Below are positions 11,373-24,550 of a DNA stretch of 64,000 nt, piece after piece. Source of the stretch: Lama guanicoe (taxonomy: Eukaryota); the NCBI GenBank assembly GCA_013239625.1, contig MU054187.1:19026711-19090710 (forward strand), written 5' to 3'. The notes beneath the pieces were generated by a model. It was not told the origin of the DNA, ran no database searches, and saw only the letters and a program-made list of their open reading frames with translations. Position 1 is the stretch's first letter. Each line of letters starts with the position of its first letter. Made by a program: the position numbers and the translations under genes.

Positions 11373-13906
11373 AAAAAGTGCACACTGTATGATCCCAGGA
11401 CAGTGGCTGCCTGTCCGGGGTGGAGGGCGGCATCCGACCACAGAGAACACAAGGAGTGCTGGCCTGGATCTGCGTGGTGGTGACTCAGGTGGAGATATTA
11501 GTCAAAACTCACTGAACTATACATTGAAAATGGATTCAGTTCGTTGTGTGGAAATGATACCTAACTGTAGAGTAGATTTCAAATGATTCCTAAAACAACA
11601 ACAAAAGCGTTCCTGAATTAATAGAAATCCCTCGTCATTACATATTGGCTCAATCAGTGAATTCTAAAAGGGCATCTCATCTTTGGGGACAAGTGTACAT
11701 TTCCTGACAGAATCAAGCAGTCCCGTAACTTGGAGAGGTGGGGGCTGGGCTGGATGATTTCCGAAGCCCTTTGAGCTCCAGTGCCTGGGCCAGACGCTGC
11801 TGGGCAGGCTAGTCCGAGATGCTGCCATTAGATTGCCTACACCCCACTCTTCTTTGCCCTGATCCTCCCTGAGGTCCATCGGCTCCCCAGCTCTGGCTGG
11901 CAATGCTGTGCCGTCGCTGTGAAATCCTCCAGTGTGACCCGAGCTGCTGCTTTTCTTAGCACTGGCCTCCCCAGCAGATGGCTCTATTTCTGGGTCGGCA
12001 GTTCTTCTTACAGAAGGCACTTCTCTGCTCAAAATTAGTGGGCGAGGAATTAAGTCAGCGCAGAGACTGGCAACAAGCGAACTCGTCTGGGCCTCGGGGC
12101 TCAGCTTTCTCTCCCGAGCAGTCATTCGCAACTGAAAGCGATTCACTGCTTTCTGATTCTGCAGGATTGAACGTGCAGGGTGGAGCACATGGGAGCTCAC
12201 TGTTTACTACTGTACAGCTCCGACTGAAGCACCTTATGTTAACTGAGCAATTTTCGCTCTGACTTGAGACATCTTCCTGGTTCACAGGTCAAAACGGTTC
12301 ACGGTCAAGACACCTGCGAAATAAATGAAAATGATGACGGCTGGAATTTCCTGACTGCCTTTGAGTTGTGCTGATGTTCTGAGATGCAGAGTCCTGAGTC
12401 AGATTTCCTCAGAGGGCCCCCGATTCCTGTCATGGCTACCCTCACCTGATGTAGCCTGGCCTCTCCCAATAACCCTGAACAAGACCAACGTGGCTGGGAT
12501 GGCCGAGGGGCCCAGAATGTCCTGTGCTGCAGTGACAAAGATGCGGTAAACGTGGAGTCAGGGTGGAGGGTGGAGGCAGGTGGCCTCCTCTGCCCACACC
12601 CAAGCTTCACAAATTTCCATTCAATGCGTTGTCAAATGGGTAAAAAGGAAAAAAAAAATTAGCAGCCAGCATGTACGGCTCCTGTAATCCTCACAACAAC
12701 TTGATCAATAGGCTGCTATTAATCTCCACATTTTACAGATGAGAAAACTGAGGCTTAGAGATGTCAGCTGACTTGCTTAAGGTCACATGCGTATTGGAGC
12801 TGTTTGATCCTGTTGAGGCACGGAGAAATCCAAAATCTGACAGAGTCAGGGATCTGACATGGACAAAAACCACATTAATAGCTATCAGTGCTTCTTGATG
12901 TTTTAGAGGCCTTCAGGAACTGATGGTTTGAACTCTCCGCCTTCATAGACTTGTTTTCTCCCAGACGCCTCAAGTGGCTATATTTAGGGCCATTGCATCA
13001 CCTTGTGGTCAGGACGGGAATTGCACCTTCCCGGTAATCCCAGAGTCCTGGCTCACACTACCAGGGTTTTCTCTGAGCAAGGAAGTCAGTCTGAAATTCC
13101 AGAGGAAAAATTTTGCTAGCACAGGGCTTGATGCAGTTTGGCTGGCTGACCTCCAGAGCCAGGAGAAAGAAACCTTTCATTTATTCTCTTTGCATCCTCT
13201 GCTACCTTGGCTGAAGGGTTTGCTAAGAGCGATGGGTGCTTCATGCGGGAAGTGGCCCTCCAGCCTGGAGTCCCACTCTCTGTCTTGATTTCTTTGTGAA
13301 GCCTCTGCACTCCACTCCCCACTCTGCCATGTAATATTGGCTGTAGCTGGGTCTCAATATTTTCTTTCCATGTTACTCTCTTCTGGGTGGCAGAGGGAAA
13401 TGTGGTGTGGATCCTCTGAATTAATTTGCCTCAAGAGTTTCACCGATGCTGTTTCAACTAAGCTGATCTTAAGTGCCGTATTAGAAGCGACACAATCTTG
13501 GGCAATTCACATAACCTCAGTGAGCCTCTTCTGCACAATGGGCATATGAACATGCCAAAGATCTGGGGGATAATTAAATGACATGCTGCATTTAAAAGCA
13601 TTTTGGAAACTATTACTAAATATGCAAATGTGGTTATTATCAGCAAATGTTTCTTGCTTACTCCTGAGAGCAGGAGATAATGCCTTGTCTAGGAATGAAT
13701 CTCTCTTCTTTACAAAGCGGAACAGGAATCACCATTTAGAGGTGAGCGTGAGGGGTCCAGGCCGGACGGGGAGGTGGAAGAGATGAGAGAGTGTCCACAC
13801 GGAGGAGGAAGATCAGGGTCATTGCTTCATAATCAGTATAGGGTATGCCTTCTCCTCCTCTACTTTGGGGTCCTAAACTGTCTGCTACAAAGCTGCCACA
13901 TTCCAG

Positions 13907-13988
13907 GGGGGAGGGTGTAGCTCAGTGGTAGAGTGTGTGCTTAGCATGCACAAGGTTCTGGGTTCAATCCCCAGCACCTCCATTAAAA

Positions 13989-14035
<47 letters not shown>

Positions 14036-14357
14036 ATCTTATGGTTACTAGGGAAAGGGGGTGGGAAGGGATAAATTTGGGAGTTTGAGATTTGCAAATG
14101 TTAGCTACTATATATAAAAATAGATTAAAAAAACAAGTTTCTTCTGTACTACACAGGGAACTATAGTCAATATCTTGTAATAACCTTTAATGACAAAGAA
14201 TATGAAAACGAATATATGTATGTACATGCATGACTGGGACATTATGCAGTACATCAGAAACTGACACATTGTAACTGACTGTACTTCAATAAAAAAGTAT
14301 ACAAATAAGCCTAATTTATTTTAAATAAACTCCCCTCCCCCTCTAAAAAAAAAGAAA
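13907..14357 (+). mobile_element. Vic-1-like SINE interrupted by (TA)n and an L1 3'-end fragment (~14030-14297)
   Basis: Head at 13907-13985; SINE tail resumes near 14300. Flanking 17/20 repeat acaaagctgccacattccag (13887-13906) / acaaagttgctacatcccag (14358-14377). Confidence 0.85.
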
Positions 14358-14628
14358 ACAAAGTTGCTACATCCCAGTACATGGGGTTTTAGGGCTTTTA
14401 AACTCTTTCTACATATGGTGGTCGCATTAAATCTTCACGATTGTCCTGAGAGAGGCTTGATGATACCTGTTGGTTTGTTTGTCAAATGAAGAAGCTGATG
14501 ATCAGAGGGTTGAAATGCATCCCTTGAGTTCTCAGGGTAGCAAAGCTGAGTTTAGAATGTGGATCTTCTGATTTCTGATCCGGGCTCCTTCGTTGAACAC
14601 TTATCATGTTTTCTCTTTACAATACAGA

Positions 14629-14820
14629 ACAGGGGCTCCCAAACCTTTTCGACCATGAGCCACATTAAGAGATACATTTTGTACCGTGGACACATAAATG
14701 TACGATTGAAACAACTGCATCAAGATATAATACTTGTCTATTCATTAACGTGTATCAACTCATTAAACTGATTATTCACCCACTAGTGGACTGAGACCTG
14801 CAGTTTGGAACACACTGGTC
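14629..14820. mobile_element. hAT-Charlie-like DNA transposon remnant
   Basis: Termini caggggctcccaaacc ... cagtttggaacacactg form imperfect TIRs. Confidence 0.5.
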
Positions 14821-15333
14821 TAGAAGGTTCTCCAACAGTCCCCACAGGACATGTGACCATCACAACTGCCCATGGTCTCCAATGGATATTATGAAACTGA
14901 GGGAATGAAGAGGAAAATAAATGACTGCAGAGTTTCACCAACTAGAACATATTGCCTAATGGATTAGGCAGTTAACTCTTAGAAATCTTTAGAAATCTGA
15001 TTTTTAAAACTCAAAAGTAGCTGCATTACAGTTGCTGTGTTTCTACCCCATGGTGAGCACAGTATTTATCACTCATAATTATTGTTGCCTCTTTACACGT
15101 CAGTGTCCCCCCACTCAACTTCCAACCCTAAAGGAAGGGGTTACGCCTTATCCTCAGGGCATTGAGCACTGTGCCTGCTGGCTGCTCGATAAATATTGGT
15201 ACACTTAGTACATTAAAAAAATAAATTGCAACCATCCTGCTTTCTTGTTACTCTCACTAATCTAAGTAACTTAACGTTCAGAAGGCAATGGCTTGGTCTA
15301 TCTAAGATACACATGAAAAATTAGGGACTATGA

Positions 15334-15665
15334 CAGACAGAGAAAGACAAATACCATATGATATCACTTATATGTGGAATCTAAAAAAATGACACAAATG
15401 AACTTATTTACAAAACAGAAAGACAGAAAACAAACTTATGGTTACCAAAGGGGGGGGAGGTTAAATTAAGAGTTTGGGACCAGCAGGTAGAAGCTACTAT
15501 GTATAAAATAGGTAAACAACAAGGTCCTACTGAACAGCACAGGGGACTAGATTTAATATCCTGTAATAACCTATAATGAAAAAGAATATATATGTATAAC
15601 TGAATCATTATGCTGTATACCAGAAACTAACACAATATTGTAAATCACCTACACTTCAATAAAAA
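15334..15665 (+). mobile_element. Short 5'-truncated L1 3'UTR insertion
   Basis: L1 3'UTR (gatatcacttatatgtggaatctaaaa) with poly-A. TSD aaaaattagggactatga (15316-15333) / aaaaattagagactatga (15666-15683). Confidence 0.88.
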
Positions 15666-17399
15666 AAAAATTAGAGACTATGAGCTTCATCCTGTTGGTA
15701 CTAGCCTGGGGAAACGTAGGTCTGAATAGAGGGAGAGGTCATAAAGAAAGGAGGAGGAATACGATTCTTACTTACTCATTCACTCCTACTGTCCAGACTC
15801 CTGCAGAGTGGGTCTGTGCCCTTCAAGGAAATACCACTTTATAGTGAAATTTATTTTTCCATTGGTGACTAGACTATCCCCTAATCGAGCTGAAGCCTAC
15901 AGGATTCTGAACGATGCAACGTAATTGTAATGCGAGAGTGTGCATCCTGGCTCAGGGCTACGTGAGAAATGAAAAGCTGTGGCGGGCTCTCAGCGTCGCT
16001 GGCTCCCTGTGCTGTGAGTCCCGGCCACGAGGCTGGGCTGCACTTGATGGAGCCACGACCACGTGCTCCGAAGGCCCCAGAGAGGAAGTCTGTGCAGCAT
16101 GAAACGACAGAACGCGAGTCCGTGTCCTCGCAGCCTGCTTGCCTGCGGGTTCCTGCTGATACAAGGGCCAGCCTTTCTCCCTGACTAGTCAAGCGAGGAC
16201 CCAGTGTGTCTGGGGACCCACAGGAGGCCACAACAGCTCCAGGCCCCCTGTCCGATGGGCTGGCGTGTGAAACAATGACTCTTCACTCCACTGCCTCTGG
16301 GCAGGACTGCAGACTACATTAACGCCCTGTGCTCGGGGCAGAGAGAGTGGCTGTGGCACCACCACCAGTACACATGCTGCGGGATGCTAAGAGAGATGCA
16401 GGGAGGGACGGTGTTGGACCAGTGCCATCTCTTTGTTTTTCTCTTTGAAATGAATTGGGGGGATAAACAAAGGCCTTGCAGGCCTCCGCATTTTCTTTGG
16501 ATTTTTGTTTATGAATAGTCATTAATAATGAAGCTACCAATTACAAATTAAAAGACTAATATATAATACAGTAATGGTTACATGTTTACATGGAGATTTT
16601 AAAAAGTCATGTTAAACTGTTTTCTAGATACAGTAGTAATATTTCTTTATTCTATGAAACAGACAGGCTTCAAACAATTGTGAGTGAACATCATAATTTA
16701 AACGTATGCGAAGAGACTGAAAAGGATACGCGCTTCATTTCTGCAGACCTGGGTCTGAATCCCTTTCTAGCCTGCATGACAGCAGCCAGTTAAGTGTACA
16801 AGCTCCCCAGTCCTCAGTCTCCTCATATCAAGATGGGAAAAGAACACTTACCGTACAGGACTGCTGTGAGGATCAAATAAAGGTGTAATCAATGAATTTA
16901 TTAAATCAATTACATGAGATCTCCTTTTTCGCTTCTGACTGAATAACCACATAATCTGGGGTATGTAAGTACTCCTTATGTTCAGATGTTCGCTTCATGT
17001 ATGTTTCACATTTGGTTTTATAAAAATAAGATGCAAAATATTCTTCCCAACAACGCTTCAGGGCTCAGCGAAGCAGGAAAGAGGGAAACATACGCATTTT
17101 ATTTTACAGATGACAAAGTGAAGTCCCGCAAAGACAGCGAGTTAATTACCAAACCAAGCCTTAAGTCCAGTTTTCTAACTTCCAAACACTGGTTAAGTCC
17201 CACGTTCCCGATGTTAACTCTTGGCCAGTGCAGAGACTTACAACCAGGGGAGGGGGTGGGGATGAGGTGGGGGGGGGACGCGTGCTTGGAAGAAGCGCAT
17301 CAATACTTTAGTCATTTTTAGTCGTCTTCTATCAGGACCCTTCATTCATTCGGAAACTTTAAAGAAAGTTGGTGGGGAACAGAGGCTGCTTCTGTCGAT

Positions 17400-17790
17400 C
17401 AAAAGGGGCGAGGAGGGGAGGTGGGGTGCCGGAATCACCACCCCAGGCTCAAACCGGCCCTTGGAAGGCGGACGGAAAGCACGTTCCCGCAACTAAATCC
17501 CCGAAACCAACCTTTCGTTTCCTGGGAATGGGCTCATCAAAGAGGAGGTTGCTGGCCTCCGCCTCGTCGATGCCGTCGTCCGGGGGCGCGGGGCTGCGGA
17601 AGGGCTTGAAGCTGTCGGCGGACAGCGGCGGCGACGGCGTGGACGGGTTGGACTGGTCGCTGGGGGCGCTCCAGCTCCAGTAGCCGCTGCTGCTGCTGCT
17701 GGAGGGCACGCCGCCCGCCTCCTTCCAGGACCCGCTCAGGCCCTCCCCGGGCCACACAAGCACAGCGTCAGCGCCGCCGGGGCCGCGGGA
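17400..17790. promoter_or_regulatory. Intragenic CpG island over the 17744-17512 exon
   Basis: Very high GC and CpG density against AT-rich, CpG-poor flanks. Confidence 0.7.
17512..17744 (-). CDS. ZNF704: ZNF704 internal coding exon (probably exon 4), 233 bp: EGLSGSWKE...[32 protein letters not shown]...[12 protein letters not shown]
   Basis: Within ORF 17449..17763(-); peptide matches recalled ZNF704. Donor AAG|gttggt at 17511. The start at 17744 is inferred from phase (AAT G + AG GGC = N E G); the preceding dinucleotide is GG, not AG. Confidence 0.92.
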
Positions 17791-18028
17791 CTGAGTGTGT
17801 GAGTGTTACTCTACGTAGATCTCAGATAAAAAAAAAAGTTGCATTCGAGTTTATAAACATTTAGTTATTTTTAACCACACGAGAGCAGGTTTTTCTATTT
17901 TCTGATGTGTGTTGCTTTGTGCAACACTAGTGCCTGAGGAGGAAAGTAGAGATGATATGAAAACAAGAAAAAAAAAAAGTTCTGGGTCACTAAGTTTGGG
18001 GAGCTTGGCATTTATGGACTGTATTTCT

Positions 18029-18184
18029 TTCTTCTTTTTCTTTTTAAATTTATTTTTTGGGGGGGAGGTCATTAGCTTTACTTATTTATTATTAGTTTTT
18101 TTTTTTCCAGTGGAGGCACTGGGGATTGAACCCAGGACCTTGTGCAAGCTAAGCATGCGCTCCACTGGAGCTACACCCTCCCTC
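18029..18184 (-). mobile_element. Vic-1-like SINE
   Basis: Head at ~18111-18184. TSD gactgtatttct at 18017-18028 and 18189-18200. Confidence 0.88.
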
Positions 18185-21100
18185 TGCAGACTGTATTTCT
18201 AAGGGGAGAATCATCTGCGGTATTTTACCCCCTACCTTCAACCCCACCACCCACCCACCCGCTTTTTAACTTTTTAAAAGGAATTTCTTACAGGATTGCG
18301 GTCCTTGGAAGACATAGGTAAAGTTAGTCTAAGATTTAAGAACCCAAGAGACATAATTTCTAATTAGTTACCTAAAGCCATTTACCATCTTGCTTACTAT
18401 AACAAATAATAGTTTTACTTTGGGTGTGTGTTTTCTATCTTACAAAGCTCATTCACACAATCTTACACATTCTCACATCTTTCTTTCAGAGTAAGGATTA
18501 CCACGCCTATTTTGCAGCCGAGAACCTTGAGGCACCAGGGAGTTAAGTGACTTGTCACGTAATTATGACTAGTAATTACATAACCCGGAAGGGCCCCGGC
18601 CACAAACCCTGGTCTACCAGTTGGCCTTCAGTGAGAGCAGACCCTGTGCTGTGAGCATCCTTCTTTTCATCTGGCAAAGCTGAGAGCAGAAAAGAATTTA
18701 TTGGTAATAATTACTGCTAAGATTGGAGTTAAATTTTACCTTTCCACTTGTGGGGGAAAACATGATGAAATGCTTGCTAATGTAGAGAGATCTCTGCCCA
18801 GTTGGAATGTCTTCGGGGGCTCTTTTAATCACTGAAGATTTGCTTTACTTTTCAAAATGCCCAGTCTTAATTAGCATTGGTATAAATTCTCCTTTCTTTT
18901 TGGATCATCTCTCCTCCATATTAATGTGCATTTTGAATATATTAAAACTGTATTCTAACTACAAGGAGGAAAAAAAAATCCCAAAATGCCTCATTAAAAA
19001 AATGCCATTAACATCTGTGTCATTAGTAATGACGTGAAGACAAATGGGAGACCAGCATTCATGGAAAAATTTCCTGACTACCTTCACCTAATTATAGATT
19101 TTTAGCATACTCCCCAACTATGTCAAGCAAAAAGTTCGGTTAGATGAACCAAGTTTTAAGTTGAAGAGCAGAAGTAAGTTAACCATCTCATTAAAGCAAG
19201 GCTCTAACAGAATCGAGTGGTCATTTATGCAGGCTCACACCTTGACAGCATCAACACCACCAAATTAGCATCACCCTCCCGGCAGTCTACACAGAGACAG
19301 ATTCACTCCCTGGACCTGAGCCGCCTATTATAAATAAGAAAGCTCCATTCGATACAACACAACTCCAAAAAGAGCCTCATGTAAAGCCGTCGGTAATATT
19401 ACCTGGTGTGACAGACGCACTTGGCAGGCCCAGGAGGCTTATAAATATCCCGCAGCGTGCACTCGTAAAATAAAATAAGTTCATGATGCTAGATGTGTAA
19501 TCATGTTAAGTGTGAGGAACTAAAATTATTTTGAGAACCATCTATTGTTCCCGTGCGGTTACCCTGCTTCAAGCCAGTGCCAAAAGTTAATTTGTTTACT
19601 GGCGAATGACATTTCCTTTAGAAACATTTTCATCAGAAGGACAATGGGATATAGAAACAAATTTTTCGCAAAAAAGTCAAAACCCATTCATAATAGTTTT
19701 TAGAGAACAGTGTCTCCTTAATCTTAAACAAGTATTTACCAAAAAATGCAGGCAGGCATTTTGCTGGAATCTCACCCTCTTTGCAGACCTACATCCTAAC
19801 AAAATGATCCTTTTCCAGTAAAGTGAAGGATCACAGGAGTTTCCAAAATTTCACTGATATACAAAAATCCTGGAGATAATCCTTGTTTCTTTAAAAAAGC
19901 CATCATTATCATAAGTTGCTTTTCCCTTCTAAGAATTTGCTTCCTGTTGCAAAATAAATGATAGACAATTTGGGATTACTATTTGGGTAGTTATTTTTTA
20001 AGACATAATGAATACTTTATAACTATGCTAAGAAAAGTTTGTACTGGAGAAGCAAAAGATTTCTTTTGATTTTAACATTTTAAGGCAAAGGAATATTTAA
20101 AATGTCCTCAATTAAAAAAATCGAATGGTAAAAGTTATCATTACATCACAATTACTTTTTTCTCCCTGAAGATTCCATGACATTCTGTAATTTCTTTTTC
20201 CTGGAATAGGTTTTGGGGATGACTTCAGTTTTGCTTTTACTATAATCTTTCTTTAGCAGCTTGGCCAAGCTGAGAAAGACAGCAGGAAAGATCAGACTCA
20301 TCTCAAGAGCACCGTATCGACTCTGTGGGAAGAGGTGACATTACCCCAGCTCATGGTGAGTCATCACGGTGGCATTCCTGGTTTCTGGTGTTAATCTGAA
20401 TTCCCAGCATCTTGATCCCTCTTCCCACTTACAAATGGGTTGGAGCCAGTTTTGGTGGGGACTCAGTGGACGTCCAACAGATTTATTTTAACGCCTCATG
20501 TTCACAACTGGATTATGTGTGAACCATACTCTATCTCATAATTGACTAGGCTGGCTTTTGAGAGAATGTCTTCCCTGGCTGGTAAGTTCCACTCAGTGGT
20601 TTTGGTGGCTTACATTTCAGTGAACTGCAGTGTGGCTTCCACTTCACGGGTAGTCAGCCCATTGTGGATGCTCTTGCCAAAACCACCAAGTTCTTCGTGT
20701 GTAGAATTCAGTCCTTTCCACGCTTGACCTTCTGAAACATCAGATGTCACTCCTTGAAACATGCTTTTCCTTGGCTTCCATGAAATCCCACTCTCCTAGT
20801 CTCCTCCATCTCCAGTACCCCCTCAGCCTCTTCCTGGGTTCTTTTCCATACATGATGAGAAACCTCATCACTTCCCCCTCAGACATCTTCTCTTCACCCT
20901 CCACTTTTCCACTACTCTCCCAGGGTGATCGCATCTTCTCTCCTGGCTTCAAAAATGTTGCCTTCCCATTCTACAGCAGCCCAGCTCTCCCGGGCTGTAC
21001 CCAAATCTCCATCAGACACTGCCCCTTGGAGGATCCTCAGGTCCTCCCTACTAAACGTGCTTCAGACTGGACCTGTCATCGTCTTCAGCATCCCCACCTC

Positions 21101-22295
21101 TTGTTCCAATCATTCACTGACAGATGTATTCCTCTGCCTTCAGTCCCCGTCCCAGGGATGGGACCTCCTTGCTGAAGCACAGCAGCTGCCCGGAAGTCAC
21201 CCTTGTCACCCACTCTCCTTCATCCTCTCTGTCCATCGCCAAGTCCTGTTGCTTCAGCCTGCTTCCCATTTCTCAGCTATGCCCTGTTCGTCCCCACTGT
21301 GACCACCAGGTTTCAGGATACCCACCTGGTTTTTGTTTTTTCTTTTTGCCTGTAAACCCAGTCATAACTTTCAGTGCCTAAATCACTTAACAGCTCTCCT
21401 ATATAGCCTCAAATCAATGTCCAAATTCCTAGCCAGGCACACATGGCCCCTCGTGGTACGTTTCCTGCCAGACTCTCCCATCGCGTCTCCCTTGCCCTCC
21501 TGATTTATCACACTGAATTACACGAGTCAGTCCTGTACTGTGACTAAGATAGCAGCTCTGGAATCAGAAAGATATGGAATAGAACTTCAGCTCTGCTCTT
21601 TCGAGTCCGTTAATCCCCAAGTGCCTCAGTGTACCCATCTGTAAAATAGTGATAACATCTCATAAAATTGTTGTGAGAATTACATGAGATAAAGCAAGCT
21701 GAGGAGTCGGCACATAGTGAAGTGCTTAATAAATGCTCGCCATTAATACAGCTGTGATAGTCTTTTTTTTTTTGTCCCCAGGGAGATTGTTCACTACCTG
21801 GGAGTATGGACATGTTTCAATTTTGCATTTAAGCCATCTATTACAGTACCTACTAAATACGTATTGAATGAAAGAACAGATTAAGGGGTCCGGGGTAATG
21901 CTTTTTCAAGACATTTAATCTTCAGAGTTCTTGATTCAGCTCTCTCTCCAATCAAACAGAATAAAAAAATGCTGGGGAAAAACTTCATTAGACCCATCTC
22001 CATTTATCTGGGAAAAAAAAAAGGACCACAACTACTCAAAGATGTGATGGGGAAGGGTGGTGGGGATTCATACATGGTGAGCTGAATGGATGGATGTATG
22101 AATGAGATGCAGTGGGGTCTTCAGGACGATGAGGTGGCTGGTAGCTCTGGGGTCCATTTCTTCCACATTTCCCCTTGCTCCCTGCTAATGGGCAAGGGTT
22201 CATTGTTCATCGTGTTTGGCAGGAATGGGGCCCCTCAAAGACAAGCTCTATTCTCGGTGTCGGGGTCCTTCCCTGTGCCGGGTACCCCAGCTTAC

Positions 22296-22399
22296 CATTC
22301 TGCCGCACAGGAGGGCTTCGAACCAAAGGGCTGGTGGACAAGCTGGTCAGTACCATTGCCGCGGTCACCTTGTCCATGTCCAGTTCCTCTGAAGACTTC
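22296..22399 (-). CDS. ZNF704: ZNF704 internal coding exon (probably exon 3), 104 bp: (R)[34 protein letters not shown]
   Basis: Absent from the ORF track; translated by hand. Acceptor ctgttttccag|G AAG TCT, donor AAT G|gtaagc. Encodes the [18 protein letters not shown] conserved region of the ZNF704/ZNF395/SLC2A4RG family. Phase 2 in, phase 1 out. Confidence 0.95.
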
Positions 22400-24536
22400 C
22401 TGGAAAACAGGGAGGGGCACTGTTAACCCGGCTCGCTCTGCATCCTCCGTGCCCTGTACCACACGCTACTGTCCACGCTCACCCCTTGAGCTCGTCCCCA
22501 TGAAAATCCAGTGTTTTGTTAGTTTTATTGTACAGATGAGGAAGCTGTAGTCCAGAGGTGAAGTGACTGTCAAACATACAGTATTAGGAACAGATGGGTT
22601 CTTTCATTGGTCATTCACCTAACAGGTGTTTACTGGGAGGACTGTACTGGGCGAGACACTGTTCCAAGGCGTGGGTGATGCGTGGTGAACCACGCACAAG
22701 GCTGGTGGGGGGAAACACAATTATCAGTGAAGAAACACAAGGAACAGGAGAATTTCTGATAGTGACAAGGGCTAGGCAGGGCATGGACCGTTTGACATGA
22801 CAGTGACCCTGGGCAGCTGCATTTAGCAGGGTCAGGAAAGGTCTGTCTGAGGAGGTGAAGCATGGAGGAGGAGAAGGGGAGATGGACTCCAAGCAGAAGA
22901 GACAGCTGTGTGAAGGAGAGGCTGCCGGAACGAGGGCCGGACAGTTGAAGGGTGACCCGCTGGTGTGAGAAGGGGAGCAGGCTGAGCTGGCTAGGGGGCT
23001 AGCGTGGCCGCAGAAGGTGTTCCGATTTTATTTCAAGTGGAACAGAAAGTCACCAGGGGGCTTTAAGCCGTCCCAGTGACATAATATGATTAATATCTTT
23101 AAGATCATGACCTGAGCAGCTATACAGAGAAGGGACTTTAGGGAAGGCAGAACAGAAGCAGGGAAGCCACTTAGGAGATAATTGTTGGGAGTCTGGACAA
23201 GAGGAAACATGGTGTGGACGAGGGTGGGGGCAGCGGCAGGTGGCCTGGCCAGACTGGTGCTGTCCTGGGTGCGGGAGGTGAGCAACCGGGAAGGTGTCCA
23301 GGTGTTGGGCTGAACATTAACTAGAGCCATTTCCTGGGATGGAGAGAATGGAGGAAATGCAGCCTGGGCTGTTTAAACTCTGCTTTACTGCCCTCTGCTC
23401 GAGGAAGGACCGTTCCTCCCAGAGGTGGTCACCAAGTTACCCTTCCAGTGAAGCGCCTCTGAGACGAAGAGGTTACTCTGGTTCATTAATTTTGGCCAGT
23501 TAACTCTGAATCAAGGTTCAGAAGATAAAGATCATCGTGAACTGGAGCCAGCTTAAGTTTATTTCAATAAACAACTTAATATCGAGAGGCCAAAATGCAT
23601 GTAGTACTGTGACATCAGATAAATAGTACCACCTCCTGAGAGATGGGCATTTTCGTATTAGGGAACAGTTGCAGAAGTCCGACAGAGGATTAATAAGCCA
23701 TATCGAAGGAGGAACTGACACTTTGACAGATGTGGCTTTCACTCACAGGTATGCTGTATAATTTGGAAAAGCAATGAAGTTTTAGAGAGTTCTTAGAGCA
23801 TCACTTCACAACACAAAGGGAAAGGAGACTCTTGAACTGGAGAAAAACCAAATGGTCCCCAGTTTAGTTGGGCCGGGGAGCTGGTCAATTAATATCATCA
23901 TGAAGTTACAATTATTACAATTTGGCCCTCCAGTGTTCACCACGCTGTAGTAATTCCGTTAGTAATTCAGTTACTAAGCAAAGCTTACCCTTGCAATCCA
24001 AGGTACCAAAAGATGGGAATCTTTGAAATTTTCTTCTGTCGTTTTCAAAGCTCCTTATGCTCTTTCTCGGCAAATTGATCCATCAAAAGACAAATTACTG
24101 GTTTCAGAGAAAAATGCTTCTAGAAAGCAAGCCCAAGGCTGCACGATGAAATTCGCTCCACAGAAGTTTTCAAGGTAATTTCATACACTTAGAGAACAAA
24201 ACTACTCTCTCAGCTGGCATACCATCAAGAGATTTTACATATCCCCAATTTATAAGATCCTGGTACTTGGGACTAAAGGTGATGCCAGTTTTTTTGTGTT
24301 TTTTTTCCCCTCGAAGTGAGGCCTCCTGAAACACTACCAGGGAAAGAATGTAAAGCACCTGAAGGTAATTTGGAGCGTTTTTTGACTCAATATTCCCATG
24401 TAGGCGTGGTCACAGCGGGAAGGAGTTACTTGGGGGCCCTGAAGGAGAAAGGCGTGCTAGAGAGACCGCAATGTAGATGGTGCGGCTCCTCCGGGTGTCG
24501 GCCCTGTCAGAGCCCAGCTGTCAGGATCACTCCACG

Positions 24537-24550
24537 CCAGCAGGGGGCGC
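24537..24550 (+). promoter_or_regulatory. Candidate CTCF site
   Basis: ccagcagggggcgc matches the core consensus CCASYAGRKGGCRC exactly, in a locally CpG-rich patch (~24400-24560). Confidence 0.6.

Noticed and set aside
11664..12285. 178-aa and 76-aa ORFs on the gene strand
   Set aside because: No similarity to ZNF704 or any family I recognise; the flanking exons join in frame without them.
12990..13027. Minus-strand CTCF-like site with upstream tgcaattcc
   Set aside because: The core has three mismatches, including the GGC positions; too weak to call.
13907..13985. tRNA-like sequences with A and B boxes (about nine copies)
   Set aside because: Diverged copies with A-rich tails and TSDs; these are SINEs, not tRNA genes.
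17537..17755. Alternative-frame ORF with QQQQQ over the exon
   Set aside because: By-product of AGC serine codons in a GC-rich exon; it would only be read through mis-splicing.
566..22399. Assignment to paralogues ZNF395 or SLC2A4RG
   Set aside because: The peptides ([49 protein letters not shown]) match recalled ZNF704, and the large introns fit it.
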